A stretch of DNA of 64,000 bases from an uncultured Bacilli bacterium (GTDB lineage Bacteria > Bacillota_I > Bacilli_A > RF39 > UBA660). Each line of letters opens with the position of its first letter. The first letter of the stretch is position 1. Below the pieces are notes generated by a model. It was not told the origin of the DNA, did no database searches, and worked only from the letters and a program-made list of their open reading frames with translations. Of the stretch, positions 10,427-20,370 are shown piece by piece. The position numbers were made by a program, and so were the translations under genes. The stretch covers positions 3,086-67,085 of the forward strand of contig CAJUQG010000004.1 in NCBI GenBank assembly GCA_910588025.1, written 5' to 3'.

Positions 10427-11858
10427 ATTAAAAGAAAATAAAGAAGTAATTATCGCTTCTTTTTTCATCATCCTCGTTGCTTATAGTATCAAGCTATTTT
10501 CTTATAGCTATTCGATTGATACCGAAATTTATATGGTACAGAAATTAGAAATGCTCAAATCTTGGCTGGCAATTCATCGTTTTTCTCTTGTAGCTATGAA
10601 ATACTTAACCAACTGGATACCCTTTTATCTTCCCCTAATAAATTGGCTAACAATTCTTTTATTTTGGATTAGTAATCTTTTTGCTTACTTTAATTTATCT
10701 CAAATTTCTCCCAAATTAAAAAATAAAAAAATTGCCATTTTCTTCGTTAGTGTGATTTCCACTTCTCCCATCTTTTTAGAACAATTTAATTTTACCCTAC
10801 AGAGCATGGAAATCGCTTTTTTCTTAAATTTATTTGAATGTTCTGTGTTTTTTTTAATAAAATATACTAGGAATTTTAAGTACCGTTATGCCTTGTTAAC
10901 GATCCTTTTATTAACTTGCTGTATTGGTTGTTATCAATCCTTTGTTTCCTTATTTATTACCATGTCTATGATAATAGATTGGTGTTTAATAGAAAATCAA
11001 ATAACCAAAGAGAAAAATAGAAAATATATATTTTCTACAATTTTAATTTTATTGATTTCTTTAAGTCTATATTTCCTTCTTGGTGATATCATCTTATCTT
11101 ATTTCCAACTTTCTTCATCAGGATATTTACAAAGTCAAATCGGTTGGAGAAGTGTAACCATAGTCACATGTTTTTTAAATATTTTAAAAAGTGCAGTTCG
11201 TAGTTACTTTGGCTTTTTGTTTCACATGCCATCCTTTTCCGTATTAAATGCCTTTTTACTTCTTTTTGCGTTTCTGTTAATGGTCAAACAATTAAAACAG
11301 AAGCAATATTTTAAAACACTATTGATACTAGGAGTTATAACTTCTCCCATTTTAATGTCAATCATTTTAGGAAATCCAGAACCTATTCGTGCTTGTTTAA
11401 GTTTACCATTTACCTTAGCTTTTTTACTATGGATTACTTATCAAGAGAAAAAGTGGTATCGATACTTAATCACGGTCCTTGTAATAATTCAAATGTTAAC
11501 TATGTTACGTTTTGAATACTATGATTTAAAAAGATATCAAAATGATGTTGCTATGGCACAACAAATATATGAAAAAGTAAAAGAATACACTCACGATCAT
11601 GCTCTAGTATTTGTTGGAAGTAAAGACTCATCTATGAATCAGAAAATGATAAAAGGGGAAGTAATGGGGTATTCCTTCTTTGATTATGACGGATTAAGTA
11701 ATCGTGCTGTTACGTTTATGGAATCTCTTGGACTTCATGTATATGGTGATTTAAATTTTGTTCCAGAAGCCGAAATCATTTTAAAAAATTATCCAAGTTA
11801 TCCAGATGAATCTAGTATTTTAATAACAGAGAAACATATTTTAATAAAACTTTCTTAA
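10419..11858 (+). CDS. polytopic membrane protein, second putative GtrC/GT-C-like glycosyltransferase
   Basis: The roughly 480-aa protein is largely hydrophobic with many TM helices. An alternative GTG start lies at 10410. Confidence 0.5.
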   Translation: MTKLKENKEVIIASFFIILVAYSIKLFSYSYSIDTEIYMVQKLEMLKSWLAIHRFSLVAMKYLTNWIPFYLPLINWLTILLFWISNLFAYFNLSQISPKLKNKKIAIFFVSVISTSPIFLEQFNFTLQSMEIAFFLNLFECSVFFLIKYTRNFKYRYALLTILLLTCCIGCYQSFVSLFITMSMIIDWCLIENQITKEKNRKYIFSTILILLISLSLYFLLGDIILSYFQLSSSGYLQSQIGWRSVTIVTCFLNILKSAVRSYFGFLFHMPSFSVLNAFLLLFAFLLMVKQLKQKQYFKTLLILGVITSPILMSIILGNPEPIRACLSLPFTLAFLLWITYQEKKWYRYLITVLVIIQMLTMLRFEYYDLKRYQNDVAMAQQIYEKVKEYTHDHALVFVGSKDSSMNQKMIKGEVMGYSFFDYDGLSNRAVTFMESLGLHVYGDLNFVPEAEIILKNYPSYPDESSILITEKHILIKLS

Positions 11859-11865
11859 GGTGACG

Positions 11866-11886
11866 ATGTCATCTTTTTTAATTCTT
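11866..11886 (+). terminator. putative terminator
   Basis: A short hairpin GTGAC-gat-GTCAT is followed by CTTTTTT immediately after the stop of the upstream gene. Confidence 0.35.
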
Positions 11887-11940
11887 TTTTACGGATAAGA
11901 AATAATATGCTATAATAAAAAAATAAAAGAGGGTATCAGA

Positions 11941-12588
11941 ATGACGAAAATGAAAAAAAAATATAAAATCACCTTAATCATTTTAGCTACTTTTATTGTG
12001 GTTAGTATTCTAGGACTTATTCTTTTTCAATTTGTCCTAAAACCAAAGAAAGAAGAAAAACCACCCATTACCAATACTGCAACAATTACGAATAAAATAG
12101 AAGGTTATGACTATACTTTAGATGATCGAGATACACAAATTTTTGCGAATCTCTTTCAAGAATTAAAACAAAATTTAGAAAGTAGCGAAATACAGGAAGA
12201 AGAATATGCAAAAACCTTAGCTAAATTATTTATCATTGATTTATTTACTATCGATAATAAAACAAGCAAATATGATATCGGCGGTTTAGAATATATCCAT
12301 AGCGATGCCAAAGAATCATTCCGTTCTAAAATATTGGATACAATTTATAAAACTGTAGAAGACAATTCAGATAAAGGAAGAAATCAAGAACTTCCGATTG
12401 TCAAAACCATTGAAGTCATAAAATTTGAAAAAACAACTTATAAAAAAGAAAATACTAAAGAAGATGCTTATGAAGTCGAGTTATCTTGGATCTATGAAAA
12501 AGATTTAGGATACGACCATAAAGCCAAGGTAATTATGATAAAAGAAGCTGATAAGTTAAGTATCATATCTTATAGTAAATTGCCATAA
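11941..12588 (+). CDS. N-terminally membrane-anchored hypothetical protein
   Basis: The 215-aa protein has a single N-terminal TM helix after a lysine-rich start. An RBS AGAGGGTATCAGA lies upstream. Confidence 0.5.
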   Translation: MTKMKKKYKITLIILATFIVVSILGLILFQFVLKPKKEEKPPITNTATITNKIEGYDYTLDDRDTQIFANLFQELKQNLESSEIQEEEYAKTLAKLFIIDLFTIDNKTSKYDIGGLEYIHSDAKESFRSKILDTIYKTVEDNSDKGRNQELPIVKTIEVIKFEKTTYKKENTKEDAYEVELSWIYEKDLGYDHKAKVIMIKEADKLSIISYSKLP

Positions 12589-12648
12589 TTAGAATATTGT
12601 GTAAAAGAAAAAAATAAGTTATAATAATGTAAGATAAGGGAGATTCGT

Positions 12649-13296
12649 ATGAATACTAAGAAAGAAATGAAAAGTCATATCGTAAAAATTGGAATCTTAG
12701 TGGTTTCTATTGTTACCATTGGAATTAGTATGACTTATGCCTATTATACTGCCAAAATAAGTGGCAATTCAAATATTGATGATATTAGTGCTGCGAAGTT
12801 TCATATTACCAGTACATTAGCAGATTCAACATCTATATCCAACATGACCATGCACTTAATTGATGCTTCAGAAATTAATATAGATGCCGATAAAGTAGAA
12901 TTTTCTGTAACCAATGCCGAAACATCTACGGTAAGTGGGCAATATTTTGTTTATTTAATTGATGCAACAATTTCTAAAAATTTGTATAGTAAATATTTTA
13001 AATGGCAATTAGTTCGTCAAACAACTCTTGGTGAATCCATCATTGATAGCGGAACTTTTGAAAATATTCCTCGTTCCGATACCCCAGTAGAAGGCGAAGC
13101 ACTAAATGCTTTAACTACGGTAGAAAAAATATCATTAAATAAAGTTGCTTTAGAAATTCCTAAAGGAACTACCGACAATTTAATTTTCCGTCTTTGGTTA
13201 GAAAATGATCCTGATACCAATCAATTAGAATTAACAAATGGGACATTTCAAGCAAAATTAAAAATTGAAGCAACACCAAAAAGTCAGAATCGTTAA
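12649..13296 (+). CDS. secreted or anchored hypothetical protein with a SipW-cognate-like signal region
   Basis: An N-terminal TM helix is followed by MTYAYYTAK, resembling the AYF(S/T) motif of TasA/camelysin-class signal peptides. An AAGGGAG RBS lies upstream. Confidence 0.45.
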   Translation: MNTKKEMKSHIVKIGILVVSIVTIGISMTYAYYTAKISGNSNIDDISAAKFHITSTLADSTSISNMTMHLIDASEINIDADKVEFSVTNAETSTVSGQYFVYLIDATISKNLYSKYFKWQLVRQTTLGESIIDSGTFENIPRSDTPVEGEALNALTTVEKISLNKVALEIPKGTTDNLIFRLWLENDPDTNQLELTNGTFQAKLKIEATPKSQNR

Positions 13297-13305
13297 GATT
13301 CTTTT
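13283..13305 (+). terminator. terminator
   Basis: A 6-bp stem AGAATC/GATTCT with loop GTTAA is followed by TTTTT, overlapping the stop codon. Confidence 0.4.
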
Positions 13306-13348
13306 TCTTTTACCAAAAATTTGCTATAATGTCCATGGAAGTGATACA

Positions 13349-14119
13349 ATGGCAAATTTTAAATCATTATTATTAACTCTTTTAGTAGGATTATTTTTCC
13401 TAATTGGCATCATGATACCGAAGTTTATGAAAAAGAAAAAAGAATTAACTCTTTTTGCAACTGGCTTATCTTTTGCGGTAATGTTAGGAATGATTTTATT
13501 TGATATTATACCAGAAATTGGAGAGTTATTAGTATATTACCCAAATGCTCAAAAATGGGGCATTATTTGTGGATGTACAGCACTCGGCATGCTTTTATTA
13601 AAAGGGCTTGATTATTTAATTCCACATCATCATCACAATCATCATGAAAAAGAGAAAAATAGGCAAGAACATAACGCTCATTTATTTCATATTGGTTTAG
13701 TAACTTCAATCTCTTTAATGCTTCATAATCTAATGGAAGGAATATCGATTTATGTAACCGGAGTGACCAACTTTAAAATTGGGCTTACCATGGCTCTTGC
13801 TGTCGCTCTTCATAACATTCCTTTAGGTATGGAAATAGCAGTTGGTTTAGAAGCAAATCAAAACCAGAACAAATTAAAGTGGATAACAATTACGTTATTG
13901 ACACTATCAAGTCTAATAGGTTCTTCTATGTTATTTTTATTCCAAATAAATATGAGTATTACGGTAGAAGCTTGTTTGTTATGTACGACATTTGGTATGT
14001 TAATTTATATTACTTTATTAGAATTATTAAAAGAAATCTACACTTATCGTCGTAATCAATGGACTTATATTGGGCTTGTGGTTGGTGTTATTTTAAATAT
14101 CATTATGGTGATGTTATGA
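13349..14119 (+). CDS. ZIP family zinc/metal transporter
   Basis: A His-rich loop HHHHNHHEKEKN and the motifs LHNLMEGISIYV and ALHNIPLGMEIAVGL are present. A TGCTATAAT extended -10 at about 13320-13330 and a GGAAGTGA RBS precede ATG 13349. Confidence 0.7.
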   Translation: MANFKSLLLTLLVGLFFLIGIMIPKFMKKKKELTLFATGLSFAVMLGMILFDIIPEIGELLVYYPNAQKWGIICGCTALGMLLLKGLDYLIPHHHHNHHEKEKNRQEHNAHLFHIGLVTSISLMLHNLMEGISIYVTGVTNFKIGLTMALAVALHNIPLGMEIAVGLEANQNQNKLKWITITLLTLSSLIGSSMLFLFQINMSITVEACLLCTTFGMLIYITLLELLKEIYTYRRNQWTYIGLVVGVILNIIMVML

Positions 14120-15171
14120 TAGGTCTTGCCCTCGAAGGCGGTGGAACCAAAGGTTCTTATCAAATCGGCGCTTATTATGCGATGAAAGACTGTGGCATCA
14201 AATTTGATGGCTTTTGTGGGACAAGTATCGGTTCTTTTAATAGTGCCATGCTTGCTTGTGGCAAAGAAGAAGAGTTACTTGAATTTTGGCAAAACGTTAA
14301 TATTGCTACGGTTCTAGGTTTCGATCCCAATTATATAAAGAAAATAAACAAACGAGAAATTGATTTAAACTTTTTTAAAATGTCTATAAAAGGTGCATTG
14401 CGCATGTTAAAAAATCGTGGTGTGGATACAGCGGGATTAGAAAAAGTATTACAAGAACATGTCAACGAAAGTGAGTTAAGAAATAGTCAAAAAGATTATG
14501 GATTATGCACAGTAAAAGTAAACAAATTAAAACCCTGTTATTTATTTAAAGAAGAAATGAAACCAGGAAGTATCCACGATTATATTTTAGCAAGCTGTTT
14601 TTTACCCTTATTTCGTATGAAAAAAACGGCTAATAATGAATACTATATTGATGGCGGATTTTATGATAATAGCCCAGTTAATATGTTAATTGACAAAGGT
14701 TATACAAAAGTATATGTGGTTCGTGTCAATATAGGTCTTAGTATCAATATCACTAGAAAATTAAAAAAAGACATAGATGTAACTTATATAAAACCTTCAA
14801 GAAGTGTAGGAACGATATTAGAATTAAACGATGAAAAAGTTCATGATAATATTCAAATGGGGTATTATGATACCTTAAGAATTTTACGTCACCTAGACGG
14901 TTTTGTTTACACATTTCACAGAAAAAAAGACTGGTACTTTGATTGGATTATTCGTTCCGTGGATGAGCGCAAACTTCGTCGTGTTAAAAATTTTTTTCAC
15001 ACGAAAAATAATAAAGATACGATTATAAAAGCCTTAGAATATATTATGGAAAAAGAAAAGGTTTACTACTATCAAATTTATAAATTACCTAAAGTATTGC
15101 ATTTTGTCAAAAAACATTATAAAAAGCACCATTTTGTATATGATTTTATTAAAGAATTAAGATTTCTATAA
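14116..15171 (+). CDS. patatin-like phospholipase
   Basis: The N-terminal glycine-rich oxyanion motif is in MIGLALEGGGTKGSYQIGAYYAM, with GTSIG matching the serine GXSXG motif. The start forms an ATGA overlap with the ZIP gene stop. Confidence 0.85.
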   Translation: MIGLALEGGGTKGSYQIGAYYAMKDCGIKFDGFCGTSIGSFNSAMLACGKEEELLEFWQNVNIATVLGFDPNYIKKINKREIDLNFFKMSIKGALRMLKNRGVDTAGLEKVLQEHVNESELRNSQKDYGLCTVKVNKLKPCYLFKEEMKPGSIHDYILASCFLPLFRMKKTANNEYYIDGGFYDNSPVNMLIDKGYTKVYVVRVNIGLSINITRKLKKDIDVTYIKPSRSVGTILELNDEKVHDNIQMGYYDTLRILRHLDGFVYTFHRKKDWYFDWIIRSVDERKLRRVKNFFHTKNNKDTIIKALEYIMEKEKVYYYQIYKLPKVLHFVKKHYKKHHFVYDFIKELRFL

Positions 15172-15234
15172 GGGATAGTGTTTACTTTAAAACAACATTC
15201 AAGTATACTATTCATGACGAAGAAAGGTGAGAGT

Positions 15235-15954
15235 ATGGGAAGAGCATATGAAGTAAGAAAAGCAAGTATTCAAAAAACAGGAGCAGCTAAGGCAAAATTA
15301 TATTCAAACTATGCCAAAGAAATTTATCTAGCAGCTAAAAAAGGAATTCCAGAAGTGGATAGCAATGTCTTACTAAAACGCATTGTTGATAAAGCCAAAA
15401 AAGAACAAGTGCCAGGAGATATCATTCACCGTGCTATCGAAAAAGCAAAAGGTGCTGGTGGAGAGGACTACGAAACAGTTATTTATGAAGGATTTGGTCC
15501 AGGAGCTTCTACTTTAATTATTAAAACCCTGACCGATAATGTAAATCGTACCGTAGGTTTTGTAAGAGCAGCTTTCAATAAAGTTCATAAATCACTTGGA
15601 GTGACCAATTCAGTATCCTATAATTATGATTATTTAGCTATTATAAGTATCAAATCAAATGAGGAAGAGAACGTATTTAATGCTCTATTAGAAAGTGGCA
15701 TTGAACTAATTGATTTTGAAAATGAAGATGGTGAATTAGTTATTACAGTGAAACCAAGTGATCACAACAAAGTAAAAGATTGTTTAGAACAATTGCTTCC
15801 AGATGTTACTTATGAACTAGATGAAGAGGGAATGTATCCAAAAGATAAAGTAAAACTTGAAGGGGAAGACTTAGAAACCTTCCAAAAGCTTTATAAAATG
15901 TTAGATGAAATTGAAGACGTTACAGAAATTTATCATAACGTAGAAGAAAATTAA
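15235..15954 (+). CDS. YebC/PmpR family (YeeN-type) transcriptional regulator
   Basis: The sequence MGRAYEVRKASIQKTGAAKAKLYSNYAKEIYLAAKKG ... AIEKAKG matches the YeeN-type family. An AGGTGA RBS precedes the start. Confidence 0.8.
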   Translation: MGRAYEVRKASIQKTGAAKAKLYSNYAKEIYLAAKKGIPEVDSNVLLKRIVDKAKKEQVPGDIIHRAIEKAKGAGGEDYETVIYEGFGPGASTLIIKTLTDNVNRTVGFVRAAFNKVHKSLGVTNSVSYNYDYLAIISIKSNEEENVFNALLESGIELIDFENEDGELVITVKPSDHNKVKDCLEQLLPDVTYELDEEGMYPKDKVKLEGEDLETFQKLYKMLDEIEDVTEIYHNVEEN

Positions 15955-16062
15955 ACTTTAAAAATATCAATGAAAAAGATTGGTATTTTTTTTGGACAAT
16001 AATTGATGAAATGTAATTTGGAAAAAAAATTCTTCCGTGTTACAATGGTCTTGGTGAATACT

Positions 16063-19000
16063 ATGAATATATTAAACATTGGTATCGATATCGGGTCAAC
16101 AACAGTTAAAATTATGGTCGTCGATGACAAAGATCAAACTTTATTTAGTAAATATGAGAGACATTATTCCGATACTTTAAAAACTTTAAAAAACTTACTT
16201 ATGGAAGCTTTAAAACAATATCCAAATCAAAATTATCGTGTATCATTAACAGGTTCTGGAGCCATTAGTTTAGCCAAATTTTTACATCTTCCTTTTGTTC
16301 AAGAAGTAATTGCTTGTAAACGTGCAGTAGAACATTCCAATCGTTCAGTGGATGTCGTTGTTGAATTAGGGGGAGAAGATGCCAAAATTATTTATTTTAC
16401 AGGTGGAGTAGAACAACGGATGAATGGCTCTTGTGCTGGAGGAACGGGCGCTTTTCTAGACCAAATGGCCGTGTTATTAAATACTGATACGGCTGGGTTA
16501 AACGAACTAGCAAAGTCTGGATCCAACATTTATCCTATTGCCTCTCGTTGTGGTGTCTTTGCCAAAACTGATATTCAACCACTAATTAATGAAGGGGTTA
16601 AGACAAATGATATAGCTTTATCTATTATGCAAGCTGTCGTAAACCAAACCATTAGTGGACTTGCATGTGGAAAACCGATTAAAGGAAATGTAATGTTTCT
16701 AGGAGGACCTCTAACTTATTTAACAACGTTAAAAGAACGCTTTATCAAAACATTAAATTTACAAGAAAAGGAAGCTATCAGTCCAGAAAACTCTCATCTT
16801 TTTGTCGCTTATGGTGCTCTTTTAGATAATAAAAAAGCGAGTCCCATTGCCTATTCCGATTTATTAGGAAAATTAGACCAATTAAAAGACTTTAAAGAAG
16901 AAGCAAATGATTCCCTTCCACCATTATTTCAAAATGAAAAAGAACGTAAATTATTCCAAACTCGTCATCAAAAGCAAGAAGTAAAAAGAATACCTTTAAA
17001 AAACTATGAAGGAAATGCTTTTTTAGGAATCGATGCAGGAAGTACAACTGCTAAACTAGTTTTGATTGATGATAAAGGAAACATTCTTTATGAAGACTAT
17101 CGTTCCAATTTAGGAAACCCTGTCAATACAATCAAAGAAAGTTTATTACAATTATTAAAACAACTACCAGACAAAGTTCATATTAAAATGAGTGGTTCAA
17201 CTGGTTATGGAGAACAATTAATTCAAACAGCTTTTAACTTAGATATGAGTGAAATTGAAACGATGGCTCATTATAAAGCTGCAGAATACTTTGAACCAAA
17301 TGTCACTAGTATTATTGATATTGGTGGGCAAGATATGAAATATATTAAAATCAAAGACCATGCTGTAGATACCATTTTATTAAATGAAGCTTGTTCTTCT
17401 GGTTGCGGTTCTTTCATTGAAACCTTAGCAAAATCCTTAAATCTTACCATTCAAGATTTCGTAGACCTAGCTCTGCATAGTGAAAATCCAGTCGACCTTG
17501 GTAGTCGTTGTACTGTTTTTATGAATTCTAAAATTAAACAAACCCAAAAAGAAGGGCGTCCAGTATCCGATATTTTTGCGGGACTTTCTTATTCTGTCAT
17601 CAAAAATGCTCTGCAAAAAGTTATGAAAATAAGAAATCCGGAAACGTTAGGAAATCATATTGTCGTGCAAGGTGGAACCTTCTTAAATGACGCAGTATTA
17701 CGAGCTTTTGAATTAATTACGGGTTGTGAAGCCATAAGACCAGATATTGCTGGACTTATGGGAGCATATGGTATGGCTCTTCTTGGGAGTGAACAATTTT
17801 TAAAAAATCAAACCAAAGAAAATTCCAGTCTCTTAAGCATCGAAGCAATCGAACACCTAGAAATGAAAACTACCCACACAAGATGCCAAAGATGTGAAAA
17901 TCATTGTGGCTTAACCATCAACGCCTTTGGGAAAAAAAGATTTATTAGTGGCAATCGATGTGAACGAGGTTCTGGTAACAATGGTTCAATGAATCACTTA
18001 CCCAATATGGTCGCCTATAAATATGAACGCTTATTCTCTTACCAATCTTTATCCAAGGAAGAAGCATATCGTGGACAAATCGGTATTCCAAGAGTTTTAA
18101 ATATGTACGAAGACTATCCCTTTTGGCATACCTTCTTTACAAATCTTGGTTTTCAAGTAGTTTTGTCCGATCATTCTAGTCACCAATTGTTTGAAAGTGG
18201 AATGGAATCCATTCCTTCTGAATCTGTTTGTTATCCAGCCAAAATGGTCCATGGTCATATCAAAAACCTAATAGACTTAGGAATTAAGACCATTTTTTAT
18301 CCCTGCATTATGTATGAACAAAAAGAATTTAAAAACAGTGATAACTCTTATAACTGTCCAATTGTTACATCTTATTCTGAAGCCATTAAATTAAATATGG
18401 ACGAATTAAAAGAAAAACAAGTGACCTTTTTAAACCCCTTTCTTCCTCTTGATAAGAAAAACTTATTACAACGTTTTTTAGAACTAAAAGAAATGAAACC
18501 GTTTCATTTCAAAAAAAATGAATTAAAAAAAGCGATTGAAAAAGGAAAAGAAGAACAAGAACGTTATCGGCATGATATTATAGAAAAAGGCCAAGAATTC
18601 TTAAAGTACCTAGAAGACCATGATGAAAAAGGTATTGTCCTTGCAGGAAGACCTTATCACATTGACAAAGAAATTAATCATGGTATCGATACCTTAATTA
18701 ATTCTTTAGGATTGGTCGTTTTAACCGAAGACTCGATTTGTTTTGATGAAAAAGACGACTTAAAACTTCGTGTAGTTGACCAGTGGACTTATCACTCCAG
18801 AGTTTATCATGCTGCCAATGTAGTCTGTAAAAATAAACGTCTAGAACTAGTGAGTTTAAATTCCTTTGGTTGCGGCTTAGATGCTATTATTACCGATCAA
18901 ACCGAAGAAATTCTAAAAAAGAATCATCGTCTTTATACTACAATAAAAATTGATGAAACCAGTAACTTAGGAGCTATCAAAATTCGCTTACGTTCCTTAA

Positions 19001-20289
19001 TTGCTTCCATGAATAAACGCTTAAAAACCGTCGAATATACTCCTTATCAATTTGAAAAAAATTATTTTAAAAAAGAAATGAAAGAACAAAACACCATCCT
19101 TTGCCCAGATATGTCCCCATTTCATATGCCTCTTTTAGTCGAAGCTTTAAATGCCGAAGGATATCATTTAGAATACTTAAGTGAAATGAATGACAAAATG
19201 CTTGATAATGGTCTAAAATATGTCAATAATGATGCCTGTTATCCATCTTTAATTGTAATTGGTCAACTCTTATCAGCTCTCCAAAGTGGGAAATATGACT
19301 TAGAACATACTACGGTGTTAATTAGTCAAACTGGCGGTGGCTGTCGTGCTACCAATTATATCGGCTTAATTAGAAAAGCCCTTAAAGATGCGGGTTTTGG
19401 TCATGTTCCTATTTTATCTTTTAATGTAAGTGGCCTAGAAAAAGAACAAGAATTTAAAATTACCATGTCCATGGCTAACCGTGCCTTAATGGCCGTAGTT
19501 TTAAGTGACCTATTAATGAAACTTCTTTATGCCACCAGACCATATGAAAAAATAAAAGGTCAAAGTACAGAGCGATATCACCAACTTCTAAACGAATGCA
19601 AAAGTGTCATCAAATCGGGCAAACGCAAAGAACTAAATTATCAAATTAAGAAAATAATTCAAACCTTCCAAGCGATTCCAACCCATCAAAAACGCTTACC
19701 AAAAGTTGGGATAGTAGGAGAAATTCTCATCAAATATCATCATTACGGCAATCATGACCTTGCAAATACTTTAGAAAAAGAAGGTTGTGAAGTTTTTGTT
19801 CCAGAATTAATGGGATTTGTAAAATATTGTGTGTACAACCAAATTGCCAAAATAGAACTTTTAGGAGGTAAAAAAACCACTACTTATCTTAGCAAGCAAG
19901 TATTAAACATTATTGATTATTATGAAAGAACGGTAAAAAAAGAACTAGCTGGAACGAAATATCGTAGTACTACAAATATCTACCAGTTAGCTAAAAATGT
20001 TGAACCGATTTTATCAAAAGGAAATCAAACTGGCGAAGGTTGGGTTTTAACAGCCGAAATGATTGAATTAATCGAAGACGGTGTAAATAATATTGTTTGT
20101 GTGCAACCGTTTGCTTGTCTTCCAAATCATATTGTCGGAAAATCAGTCATCAAAAAAATAAAAGAATTATATCCCCATGCTAATATTGTCGCCATTGATT
20201 ATGACCCAGGTTCTTCAGAATCAAACCAAATTAATCGTCTAAAATTAATGCTTAGTGTTGCAAAAGATAACTTATCAACCAAAGAGTAA
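16063..20289 (+). CDS. large fusion protein with two BadF/BadG/BcrA/BcrD-type (ASKHA) activase ATPase domains and a 2-hydroxyacyl-CoA dehydratase-like C-terminal region
   Basis: Two repeats of the activase N-terminus occur (LNIGIDIGSTTVKI; FLGIDAGSTTAKLVLID), and a Cys cluster CQRCENHCG lies between them. The C-terminal half contains the dehydratase-type motif. The protein is 1409 aa from ATG 16063. Confidence 0.75.
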   Translation: MNILNIGIDIGSTTVKIMVVDDKDQTLFSKYERHYSDTLKTLKNLLMEALKQYPNQNYRVSLTGSGAISLAKFLHLPFVQEVIACKRAVEHSNRSVDVVVELGGEDAKIIYFTGGVEQRMNGSCAGGTGAFLDQMAVLLNTDTAGLNELAKSGSNIYPIASRCGVFAKTDIQPLINEGVKTNDIALSIMQAVVNQTISGLACGKPIKGNVMFLGGPLTYLTTLKERFIKTLNLQEKEAISPENSHLFVAYGALLDNKKASPIAYSDLLGKLDQLKDFKEEANDSLPPLFQNEKERKLFQTRHQKQEVKRIPLKNYEGNAFLGIDAGSTTAKLVLIDDKGNILYEDYRSNLGNPVNTIKESLLQLLKQLPDKVHIKMSGSTGYGEQLIQTAFNLDMSEIETMAHYKAAEYFEPNVTSIIDIGGQDMKYIKIKDHAVDTILLNEACSSGCGSFIETLAKSLNLTIQDFVDLALHSENPVDLGSRCTVFMNSKIKQTQKEGRPVSDIFAGLSYSVIKNALQKVMKIRNPETLGNHIVVQGGTFLNDAVLRAFELITGCEAIRPDIAGLMGAYGMALLGSEQFLKNQTKENSSLLSIEAIEHLEMKTTHTRCQRCENHCGLTINAFGKKRFISGNRCERGSGNNGSMNHLPNMVAYKYERLFSYQSLSKEEAYRGQIGIPRVLNMYEDYPFWHTFFTNLGFQVVLSDHSSHQLFESGMESIPSESVCYPAKMVHGHIKNLIDLGIKTIFYPCIMYEQKEFKNSDNSYNCPIVTSYSEAIKLNMDELKEKQVTFLNPFLPLDKKNLLQRFLELKEMKPFHFKKNELKKAIEKGKEEQERYRHDIIEKGQEFLKYLEDHDEKGIVLAGRPYHIDKEINHGIDTLINSLGLVVLTEDSICFDEKDDLKLRVVDQWTYHSRVYHAANVVCKNKRLELVSLNSFGCGLDAIITDQTEEILKKNHRLYTTIKIDETSNLGAIKIRLRSLIASMNKRLKTVEYTPYQFEKNYFKKEMKEQNTILCPDMSPFHMPLLVEALNAEGYHLEYLSEMNDKMLDNGLKYVNNDACYPSLIVIGQLLSALQSGKYDLEHTTVLISQTGGGCRATNYIGLIRKALKDAGFGHVPILSFNVSGLEKEQEFKITMSMANRALMAVVLSDLLMKLLYATRPYEKIKGQSTERYHQLLNECKSVIKSGKRKELNYQIKKIIQTFQAIPTHQKRLPKVGIVGEILIKYHHYGNHDLANTLEKEGCEVFVPELMGFVKYCVYNQIAKIELLGGKKTTTYLSKQVLNIIDYYERTVKKELAGTKYRSTTNIYQLAKNVEPILSKGNQTGEGWVLTAEMIELIEDGVNNIVCVQPFACLPNHIVGKSVIKKIKELYPHANIVAIDYDPGSSESNQINRLKLMLSVAKDNLSTKE

Positions 20290-20370
20290 TGAAATTCATT
20301 ATTCTTTTTTTCATTTTTTCATTGATTTTTCACAAATTTGTTATAATATTTCAAGAAGTAGAGGTGGAAT

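Noticed and set aside
15956-16010. A weak hairpin plus T-run after the YeeN-type gene
   Set aside because: The stem is only 4 bp (CAAT/ATTG), which is insufficient to call a terminator.
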